Below, piece after piece: positions 1 to 11,500 of a stretch of DNA of 64,000 nt (positions are counted from its first letter, which is position 1; every line of letters starts with the position of its first letter). The stretch is from Laetmonice hystrix (Eukaryota), in assembly GCA_965235115.1 (NCBI GenBank), contig OZ249436.1, positions 29,080,001 through 29,144,000 of the forward strand, in the 5' to 3' direction. The translations under genes were made by a program, and so were the position numbers. The notes beneath the pieces are model-generated. The model was not told the origin of the DNA, did not search any database, and worked only from the letters and a program-made list of their open reading frames with translations.

Positions 1-1639
1 ATATACAATCGAAGTCCAGTCAAAGTCCAGTCATTCTTGTGTTTGCACTCTACCCGTCAGTGTTGACTATTCCTATTTCATGGTAATGCAGGGTGTACAA
101 TAATACTTCTCAGAAGTGGAACTTAGGAGGGAGCTGTAATAGTATTCCGATTACCGATTACCCAGTGCATACCGATAACCGGACATTGATCTATCACTGT
201 CGACGTTATACATGTATAGGCCATATTGTATGTGTATGTATAGCTTTCTTGGTGAAAAAAAAATTCCACTTGCATAACTTGTTTCACTTCATATAAAAAG
301 TAAACAGCCAGCAGGTTTATGTAAGTGGACAATTTGGAGAAAATTATGAAGTCTGGCGCAAGAAATATGACTACAGCAATAAGATGCGTAGGCTAAGTTT
401 GATCCTAAAAAACAAGTTTTATAAATTATGTCCATGCGCGTATATTATTGTGGACGCCAGATCTACATAAAGTGTAACGGTCAACTCGAAGTGTAGGCCT
501 ATGGGCAAAGTTTTCTTCTAGTGAATCGCCAGTGAATACTGTATATGACAATAAACATGAGAAAGAAAAAATGTGCGTTTAGACCTATTCCCCCCCCCCC
601 CCCCAATAATTCCTTGTTTAATCTGTATATATAGGCTTACACAGATCTTACACAGATAACTTACCTTTTCCCTCCAACAGGGAAAGCTGGCAGTAAGGAA
701 AAGGTAACTTTTTGTCAGGTACCATGAGAATGAAAAACTGACTCGAGAGGGCGCGCGGGTTGATCCTATGAGATCTCACAGAGTCCGTAAGATAGGCCTA
801 CCCTTAATCGATCTCTGTAAGTGTAGGTGTAACCATTGACCTGAAAACGGTTCACCCGCCGGATGATTATATCCCTGATCATGGCTGATGATAGATCTAA
901 TGACTATAGTATAGGGCTAGGCCTAATCAATTAAAGGACCTAATATTAATGTGTCCGTTTTTATTAAAATGCTGATTCTGGAGTTTATCTTTTTAGTGTC
1001 TGCAGCACTATCAACCTTGGGTCTAAGGTGGCATGGAGGCCACAGGCATACATTGACCGATAGGTGGCGCCATGAGACAGCAGTGCCTTCTTGCGGCGGA
1101 GAGTGGTGTGCTGAGACACGACTGGCCTGGAACGGGAGGCAAAGGGAAGCAGCACCTGAGCAAGGTCGTACAAGCCAGCAACGATCACCGTGATCGGTGA
1201 TCCATTTCGTAACAGACGGATATATCTGTGGTATCACTCACACTCAGGTATGATCCCTGAAACTTTCCAACAGAATTCATGATTGCCCCAGTAGATCTAT
1301 CTCTAACGTTCTGACCAACGATATCATAGTAAAGTCTCTAAATATCGCTCAGCGCGCATGCAGCCACACTCACTTGCAAAGTTGATCCAACTTGAAGTTG
1401 ATGGGGTTTGCAAGGGTTCCATGATCTATTTCTAGGGTCTCTATATTCAAGCCTCATGCAAGGGTGTGTGGGTGTGTGTGTGTGTGTGGGGGGGGGGGGT
1501 CCGTTGTAAAAAAGGGTGCCCCGGTACTTCTGGTTGTAAATATAACAGGCATTTTGGTTGTAAAAAGGGAACTTAGGGAAATTCTTCTTTTTTTTGGGGG
1601 GGGGGGGGGGGGGTCCGGACATCGCCGACCCTCCTTGAT

Positions 1640-2448
1640 GAATTATAGTCGATTCGCCCCAGGTCGGTTTCGACCCGGGACGGTTTCGCCCCACAACCTA
1701 GTCGATTCGCCCCACCCCTAGTCGTTTCGCCCCACTCTCGAAGTCGTTTCGCCCCATCTATGATCTCGAAGTTAATTTGCTTCAACCTAAGTTCTTTAAC
1801 CACACTGGAGCTTTTAATAGTTAATTGGTAGGCCATTACTAATACTGTCTCGTCTCGATGGGCCTTCGCCACCACCGGGCCTCGGAGGGGAGAAGCGGGC
1901 CGGGCGGGGACGGCTGGCACCCGTTCGAAGGGTCGGGCGTCAGTGTCGGAAGCGGGGACTGGGTGGACTGAGGCGGGCCGGTTGCCGGCGGGCGGGCGAG
2001 TGGCTGCGGCGGTTGCAGGCTCACGATCCCGTCTAGGGCACTAGGCCGATACGGCCTACGCGAACCCGCCTACAGACACAGCTCCGCCGGTCGTCAGCGG
2101 CTCGCTACCCGGCCGCCTGCCTGCCGGGCCGTGGAGGTGGGGAGCCCGGTACGGGCCGGCAAAAGCACGCGGTACAGAGCCGGTAGTTAGCAGCTCGCTC
2201 CGGGCCGGACGGTCGGCCTTAATTGGTTCACAAAACGACTTGTTTACTGGACTGGATAGTATCAAGACTCAAGAGACAATAAAAACGTAGACTGATAGAA
2301 TGATAGAGTCAGTTAGCGTCCAGTCTGGACTGGGGCGAAATGACATTCTGAGTGGGGCGAATCGTCTTCTACCAGTGGGGCGAATCGTCTTTTCGAGTGG
2401 GGCGAATCGACCGGGGCGAATCGGAAGTGGGGCGAATCGACTATTTAC
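1640..2448. mobile_element. Non-autonomous Mutator-like foldback element with subterminal repeats and a GC-rich interior
   Basis: 9-bp TSD CTCCTTGAT (1631-1639 and 2449-2457); G...C termini. Arrays of GTCG(A/T)TTCGCCCC on the left and GGGGCGAATCG on the right. Inserted in a MITE of the family also seen at 49576-49760. Confidence 0.75.
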
Positions 2449-2885
2449 CTCCTTGATCTGCCAGTGGCATTGGGCCTTACGACCTAACGGACGGTCCGAC
2501 ACGCTTATTGAAACACCCCCAGACTGGCCCATGCCATGGACGGATCCATGATGAGGTCCTCTCACTCAGTACCCCTATCCCTTTGTTTCTACCGGCAGTA
2601 GATAGGAGCAAATCTGGGATTTTTGAAGGGGGGAACAGCAGACCCAACTTTATGGAGAGAAATTTTGCAAAGGGAGAGCAGGGTCAAGTATGAAGAATAA
2701 AGAAAAAGTGGTCGTGCCTGCTGGCAGGGGGGGGGGTGGTGTAGTGTAACTTTTGGTACTTCTAGCAAGACAAAATTTCCCAGTCAAAAATTTCTTATCT
2801 GTTCTTTAGGTTTCATTGTTTACCAGTAAAATATATTTTCTGTCTGTAAAACTGTACTGTAGGCTGTACCTTGTGCCATTTCAGG

Positions 2886-3469
2886 ATGCCCAATCGCAGG
2901 CTGGCCATCCGACTGGCCCTCCATGGCTGTACAAACAGACCGTTCTTCCACATAGTAGTTATGCCAACATTCAAAGGACGAAACAGTCGTCCAGTGGAAC
3001 AAATTGGAACCTTTGACCCTCTTGTCAATGAAAACAATGAAAAGCTGGTTGGAATAAACTTTGACCGATTAAAGCATTGGACAGGAAAAGGAGCCATCAT
3101 TTCAAAACAGGTTGAAAACCTTTTAGGCAAGTATATTACAAATAGAAATTCTCAATTTACAGTTACGTAATCCATGGAGTAGTAACAAAAGTATTACCCA
3201 CATTAAATTTAGTGTAGGCCCATGAATAGGCCCTATTGTTGCTTCAGTCAGAATCATGTTGTTCTGAATTGTTCCCCTTTTGTCATATTTTGGAATGACT
3301 GACAATTCCATCTTGTTTTCTTTCTGTCAAAACAGGTCTAGCTGGTTTTTTCCCCTTACATCCAATGACATACATAACGGCAAAACGAAACCGAATGGCT
3401 GCAGCAGCGGCAGCTGAACAAAAAGAAACTGAGGAGCAACGTGAAGAACAGACATCATCATCACAATGA
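2886..3469 (+). CDS. MRPS16: Mitochondrial ribosomal protein S16 (bS16m); coding exons 2886-3126 and 3336-3469, possibly extended by upstream micro-exons
   Basis: Spliced translation MPNRRLAIRLALHGCTNRPFFHIVV...VEQIGTFDPL...EKLVGINFDRLKHW...LLG|LAGFFPLHPMTY matches the recalled bS16m motifs (IRLALGGCTNRPF; LLGLAGFFPLHP). Acceptor ttcag at 2884; phase-1 intron 3127-3335 with a GC donor; TGA at 3467-3469. Confidence 0.93.
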
Positions 3470-5504
3470 TGGTATCATCTTTATGTCCACGAATTTTGTG
3501 CCTCTGGACCTGGTGCCAGTGGTGTCATAGACGTTCGGTACAGAAAAGATCCAGGTGGATGTTTGCATAGGAACAGCTACGTCACTGGTTATGAATACTT
3601 CTTGTAGATCCCAGGATTTGGATATTTACTTGACGCTGAGCTGTTTTCTTTCATGGAATGACAGATTCAGCTGCAATAGGTTGAAATGTATAGCCACACT
3701 GATGTACATAATGGTTGTGTATAAAAAGACTTTTCAAGACCCTCAACTTCTAGTTATGTTCGAATTTTACACCAGAGTGGTGTGAAGGTCTGTCAATACC
3801 ATAGTACCAATATATCGTAGGTTAGGGAGGGGAGGTCCCTTGTAACATACAGTTTTCCACTTGACCCCTGACCTTTGTAGTCATCCTTCCCTACTGGACC
3901 TCCTCTTTTTGTCATATTTTCTCCTAGGACCCAGACCTCTCCTCCATTTTCCCCAAATCCTGGATCTTTTCCTGGAGGGTGTATATAGAGAGTATATAGA
4001 GAAATAAGAACTTGAAAACCTAAAGAGAAGTCGGTGATTAGTGAAAGGCTAATGTGACGTTTTATATTAAGTTGAGAAACTGCTGCCTTGTTTACTTAAC
4101 GCCAGGTAAAGGGCCAAACTTGTACAAAAATCCCCAATACATTTTCCTATAGGCTTCTGCCACCCTTGCTTACTGCTATCCGCCAGGCATTTCACTCTAC
4201 CAAATGTATTAAGATACATGTCATTTTCCTTTGTTATAAATACCTGCACCAATATCCTAACTGACCGGGTCATGTTATCAATGGCAGGATGTTCCTGATT
4301 ACGAACGATTACCATCAAGCATGCTAGACCACATGGCTCGGCAAACAGTTCAGAAGTTGGTTTGCTGGCCACCACTAGGTGGCGTTCCAGGTTTGTTAGG
4401 CTCAAATGGGAACCATGCAAGGCATTGGCATGCTGCTATGTAACTATGCTATACAAGCTGAATTTAGAATTTGAAGGCACAGATTTTGTTTTACAAATGT
4501 TTTTCCTCCTCAGTGGAAGAAAATATCTATTCTCAGGCAATATAAACAGGTAACGGTAGCTAATAAAGTGTTTATCTGCCATGCATAAAGTGTCAATTTT
4601 TGAAAAAAGTAACCTGGAATTTTTTTTCCTTACAACATCCCCTTCCAAGACAATTATCAATAACGTCGTACAGTAAATCTCAGTAGCAGCATTTAATTTC
4701 TTCATATTTCTATGGTACAGATTTCTATGTACACCCCAGACTGTACACCCAAACAAAATCCTGGCTACGGGTTCCTGGAAAATTGCTTTTCCCCCTGGAA
4801 AATTGGTGTGTAAATGTGTGGGAACCCTGCTGGAGGATTTTGCCTTTTGGGTGGAGTTGACTGCTTGGGGGTGGTAGAATAGGGGTAGATTCTCCCGCCA
4901 CCCCCCAAAAAAGGTCCAGCAAGTGAGAGGAGTGCTACTGCCCGCCAAAGCATGGACACACGATGTCAGCAGCAACAAATCTGTTTATTTCCTAATAATC
5001 AAGCGATGTCCCTTATTTTTGTTCAGTTAATTTTATTTTGTACATACCCGGTATTGCAGGTAAAACCCATAATATCATAAATTACAGAAGGGTCACAACA
5101 ATTCTTTGCATTTCTGAACTGTAAGAGAAATGCCGGTACATTTTTGTGCAAATCTTGGTATGTGCCAGACGATAAAGTGTTGTTACGGCATCACTGTTGT
5201 GGCTGACACAAGCCATGAATACTTCATTTCATATTTAATTTTTTATGGCAGCACTGCTGTCATGAAACAAAAAAGTGTCAAGAGATGAGAAAGTTTGAGA
5301 TGGCCAGCAACTCTGAAAAACGGTCAAATGAAAATGAATGTTGACTGGTACTTTTTTATATACAACATTAAAGATGACACTAACAAACATTCAAGTAATG
5401 AAAAATAACTTCCAGTCATGACTGCTTTCATGTGAACTTGTGTGTGTGTGTACTGGGAGCTTTCAAGCGGCCTGCACCAATGTTTTCTCCTAGTCTGTGG
5501 CTCC

Positions 5505-8500
5505 CTAAATTCTGATGTGGAACGTACTGAAAATAAAACAAGTATTTAACAGTCAGGATGGTCACAGATTTGTAGGAATGTATGTCTCATTCATTCATGC
5601 TACAATTACCGACTGATCAATAATACATGAACGCGGACATCACAACTGCTGTTGAGCAACACACACTTTGGGTGTTCTTATTTCTTTGATTAATTTTAAG
5701 TTCATACAAATGATTTGTTTGACACGACTATAGCTACCTCAGAAAATCTGTTGATCGCGAAATTACATGTTCAAATTCTGTGTACGATAACTTCCCATCA
5801 TCGTCAAGATCTGCCTCTTCAAGTACCTGCAAAAGGGAAAGAAAGCTTTCTTTAAATAATTCCTCACATGGGGTTTAATTAATTGTCCATTACAATAGTC
5901 TGCCCCCAAACTTAGAATATTATGTGCTTTTTGGCATGTACTTGAAATGTTTCGTGGTTATTCTTTACATATACATAACTCTCCATCACTAATTATAGAG
6001 TTTGTTCCGAGATGTCAGAAAATGCATATTTGAGATTTTTTTCTTAGGCTTCAGAAATAGTTTCTAGCAGTATTATTTGGGATATGACTTGCACATGTCT
6101 TACCTACCTTTTCACTGACAAACTCCACCTCCTCTGGTCCAAGCTCGTTTCTGGTTAAAAAGCTGACTGTCCTTGCCAGATCTTGCTTCCCAAGGAAATT
6201 GTCACCATCGAAATCTAGCAATGTAAATATCATAGTACATACATGTATACAATGTTTGATTATAGAAATTGTTTTTCATAGCATACCAATATTTTTATTA
6301 CAAACACAACGAATATGAGTGCTTATTATAATATGCACAAGTGAAAAGAACTGTTGTCAGCAGCAACCTAAAAACGCAGAGGTCTTCAAATGTCAAATTT
6401 GAAGAACTTGCATTCCAGCCCTGCTACAAGAAATAACTTGATAACTTGCATCTAAATTTTAACTTACCATATATTTTGAAAGCATAGATAGCCTTGATGT
6501 CTCTAGGTGCAGCCTCACTAAAGACTGAGAACATATCGAGGAAGTCGTCAAAGGTCATGTTGCCTCTTCCATCCTCAGAGAACACCTCACAGATACGGCG
6601 TTTGAAAGGGTTCTCCTAATTCAAAATAAAATCATCTGAATATTCATTTTAGATATACAAATAATATAATTTACCATCACTTTGACAGAGAAACCTCCAG
6701 TAATGTGCAGTATTATTTTTCACACAGAGAACAGAAAGAGTGGATACCGGTACTTCATTTAAATTCTGCTGGATAGATGATTTAATATACGTATACATGT
6801 AGTAAATTCCACTTGTCCAATTATAACTAGCCTACCTTGAACTCAGGCATTCGTTCAATTGCTGAATGCTGCACACGGACCACATGAGCTGCCCCCTGTG
6901 TCATGTCTTTCGGTATAAGCTGAGGGTTAAGCTCTCTGTACCTCTTGAAGATCCTAAACAAAATGGAACTGGGATCACTTCATGAATCACTTTTACTCAG
7001 TTTGAACCGATGTGAGCTTTTAGTCGGCCTTGTTTTTTACATTAACCTGAGATGTTGCTCATTGCACATTTGTCATGGGCTTGCTTTGTTTGAGAATTGT
7101 CTGCCACCTAATAATCTAATGAAATTTAAGGAGTAGCATTTGCAAATGTCTGCAAAATATAATAAGAAGCTATGTTGGACGTGCACAGCCTACTTGACCT
7201 TTTTTTTTCTTGGCAAGGGAGGGGAGGGGACACATAAAATTCTTGCAAAATTGATATTGTTATAATTGAAGGGGACTACCAAAGATTAAGTTTCAGAGGG
7301 TGGAGCATGCTTCTCCCGAAAACAAGCCTCTGGAAATCCTGATGCTAGGTTTCCATTAAAAAAAAGGAGAGATTGCTTTATCGGTATGAAATACACAGTG
7401 AAGTGACAACTTTGACTATTATTCCAAACTTTCCGGTTGGAATCTTGAACTTGGGTCAGATCTAAAATTAGTCACCCCCAAGATGACAATATAATTGTAA
7501 AGTTTAATGAACATGAAAAGTCATTGTGGCAAATTATAGAGGCCTTCTTGAAGTTTCCTCTCTAAAAAAAATTGGAATAAAAAAAAAATTCCCTGAAATT
7601 ATACATTTTCTAGGTTATAAAATTTACAGTACTCTCTGGCCTTCATTTGGAAAGCTGTTGTAGCATTATCACTCTTCCACTCTTGGACAGGAGTTTTTTC
7701 TCTATATTTTAACAACAAATCCTGGGCAACCATATTTTGTTGTTGGACAACTACTTTTGAACTTCTTGTTGCCCGCTGGGCAACCACATTTCTGAGAGAA
7801 TTGACAGTCCCTGTTATGTGCCCAACAGAATAGTCCTCATCATAAGGGAAAACATCGCGAAACATCCATTTCAGGAAATGGTGGCCAGCATGCCTCTCCA
7901 GTCAACTGTGTCTTGATCATGGCCTGGTGTTACCAGGAAATGATCGCGTGCTGCCGCAAAGGTCTAGTTCAGGTATAGTGTACCCACGCACTGATGCAGG
8001 CAGACCTAAGTGCCTCAGTACATTAGTGAAAAATCCCACCACATGCCATGTTATTGATTTTCACCTGGCTGGTACTGTATTTCTGCTGTCACATGATCAA
8101 ATTGACGGGGTGATTATAACAAATTGAACCAAGGCACCACGAGTGCATATGAATAATTTATAACTTGATGATTTCATCTGAAATGTTTACCTGGCAAAGT
8201 TTGATATGCCACAGTAATCACACATTCTAACAATTCAAGCAGTAGAATGGTATTGGCACTGCTAGTGGCATTCAATTTCCATTATCACCGAATCGCAGAA
8301 TTTCCTAGCTGAAACGGATTTGCCAGTGGGGAATGGAAAAATTAATGGCCAGGTAATATTGAAAAAAGTTTTAAAAATTTGGTATTGCAATAGAAAGATT
8401 TAAAGTTCTTGGTTAACTTTTCAGGCAATGTTCTACGGAAAGTAATTGTTAAACGTAACTACTGAAGCCTAAGATAACTAAGCCCAACCTGGCCTAGCTC

Positions 8501-11500
8501 TTTTAAAAAAGCTTAGGATCTTGCTTTAAATTAAGCATAAAGCCAGGTTCATACTTCTGACGCCTACCTACGCCGACTGACCAGCGCGCGTAGTCGCCTA
8601 CCGTGGGCGACTTTAATCACTGAGGTCGCCCGACGACTTCCCATCGTCGAAGTATGAACACTCCAACGACGTCGTCGCTGACAGGGTCAAGGGTCATGAG
8701 GCTGGATTCCCATTGGCCAGTTGCCCAGCGACTAGTCGCTAAAATGAACTCTGGCCATTTCAGAAAAATCAGTAGACTACTGGAAATTTATCGCTCAGTG
8801 ATCATTGACGCCGACCAATGCCTCCTGGTTGCCTACCAGTAGACGTACAGTCGGCATCAAATTTTCAGTCGCTGGTGAGTCAGCATAGGTAGGCGTAAAA
8901 AGTATGAACCGGCCTTAATGCTCCTGGGGGTTGTTTCAATAAACTTCACTTGTCCGACCTGGTTGGACCATCCGTCGCTTGAAAAGTCAGACATGCGACG
9001 GACAGTGCCCATCAGGTGTTGCAATAAACATGTCCGACGATGGTCCGACGGAGTCGGACTGTCCGACGCTGCCATGCCGACATGACAATAGACGAAGAGC
9101 GACGTCACAATACCACATCGAACAAACGTGCATTTCCCAAGCGTTCATCTATTTATATATTCTGGCAGTTTGTGACGTTCAAAAGATGTTTTGAGACATC
9201 TTCTCACTCGGCAATAGAACAAGTTATCACTGATTTTCATTGTGTGATCTTCCGTTATTAGCCTGTATGATGCAGATTTTATATATTTAATAGATATAAA
9301 ACCTGTCACTTTTCGGCTAAAGATACGTTGCTAACGTTGTCCTGATCCAAGGTCAATATTTTCCTTCCGGGTCATATATTGAGGTTTGAGAAGATTACGT
9401 CACAATCTAAGTGGATCAATCTGGCACAGCCACATGCTTGCAGAATATCGGTTCACTTGTAAACAATCCATGTCTGTGAATGCTATAATTATCAGATACA
9501 TCTGATAAGGGTAGGAATACAAATGGGTCATTCCGTGCGGAATCACCTGAAATCCAGAAATCTTCCCAGGTGACCATCTCAGATTTTTATGATTTTTTGT
9601 TTACAGGTACCTCCATATGTGTGATGAACACATGCAAAATCTTTTGCTCCAACTCCCAGTAGTTTTCCAGAAATTAATTTTAAAAATTTGTGTGTCGGTC
9701 GAAAAAAGCTCTCCATTCTAGGTCGGATTTCACCATGTAGGCAACTACTCAGACACTTCAAATTTTTATAAAAGGTAGAATGTCTATATGACATTTGTCA
9801 GTAGAATTCTTTTTATCTAACTCAAAAGGCTTCATGTTTAAAAAAAACCAGTTTAGACGGTATTAAACAGAATGTAGAAATCCATAATATCTTATTAAAA
9901 AATATCTAAAATGGATTTAGCATAGTTTATAACTACTAAATAACTACTGAACATACATCTGTTCATAATCATAATAATTCATAATTAAATGATTAAATTA
10001 GGTAATTAAATAATTAATTAATTTAATTAATTAATTAATTAATCTAAAATGGATTTAGCATAGTTTATGCCTACTAAATAACTACTGAACAATTATCTGT
10101 TCAAAATCATAATTAATTCATAATTAAATAATTAAATAAAATAATTAAATAAAATAATTAAATTAATTAAATTAATTAAGTTAATTAATTAATTAATCTA
10201 AAATGGATTTAGCATAGTTTATGCGTTAAAAACAAGCCAAAAACAATGCCCATCAAAGGAGTAGTTTTTGAGCTTTTGCTGCATGAAAATCGGTTATGTT
10301 TGAAAAATGTCGAAAAAAGCTCTCCATGTTTTTTTAACTAACTCACAAGGCTTCATGGTAAAATAAATTTATTAAATTATTTATTTAATTTATTTACTTA
10401 ATTATTTAATTTAGTTTATTTATTTACTTAATTATTTTATTTAATTAAATTAGGTAATCAAATTAGTTAATTAAATTAGTTAATTAAATTAGTTAATTAT
10501 TTAATTATGAATTAATTATGATTATGAACAGATGAATGTTCAGTAGTTATTTAGTAGGCATAAACTATGCTAAATCCATTTTAGATTAATTTATTAATTC
10601 AATTAATTTATTTAATTAATTATTTTATTTTATTATTTTATTTAATTATTTAATTATGAATTAATTATAATTATGAACAGATGTATGTTCAGTAGATATT
10701 TAGTAGGCATAAACTATGCTAAATACATTTCAGATATATTTAAATGAGATATAATGGATTTCTACATTCTGTTTAATACTGTCTAAACTGGTATTTTTTA
10801 AAACATGAAGCCTTCTGAGTTAGATAAAAAGATTTCTACTGACAAATGTCATATAGTTATTCTACCTTTTGAAAAAAATTGAAGTGTCTGAGTAGTTGCC
10901 TACATGGTGAAATCCTACCTAGAATGGAAAGCTTTTTTCGACGTTTTTCACACATGATCAGTTTTCATGCAGCTACAGCTCAAAAACTATTACTATGATG
11001 GGCATTGTTTTTGGTTAAACACAAGCTGGTAATCTACTGAGGTAAGCTTTGTAATATGAAGATGATCACTTAATACACATTTTGTGTAGAGCCCCCTAAA
11101 GTTTGAAAAAAATGTTCCGATATGAACAAAATGCCATTTTCAGTCAGCTATAAAAAATAAAAAATGCAATTTAGCACAACTTTGATGACTGGCCCTGAAT
11201 ACGTGGGTAGGGGACCTTGCACATACCAAATTTCAGCCTGATACATGCAACCAGTCCTGAGATATAACGCTTTGAAAATGGGAAAAAGCACAAAAATGAC
11301 TTTTGACATGCACAGTATGCACCGACACACATATTTTAAAAATTAATATCTGAAAAACTACTGGAAGTTGGAGCAAAAAACTTTGTATGCGTTCATTAAA
11401 CATGTGGAGGTACTTGTAAAAAAAAATTCATCAAAATCTGAGATGGTCACCTGGGAGGCTCTAGGTGAATCCGCGTGGAATGACCCAAATATGAAAATCT

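Noticed and set aside
840..905. Possible C/D-box snoRNA (ATGAT...CTGA motifs)
   Set aside because: Boxes are degenerate, with no terminal stem and no recognisable rRNA guide.
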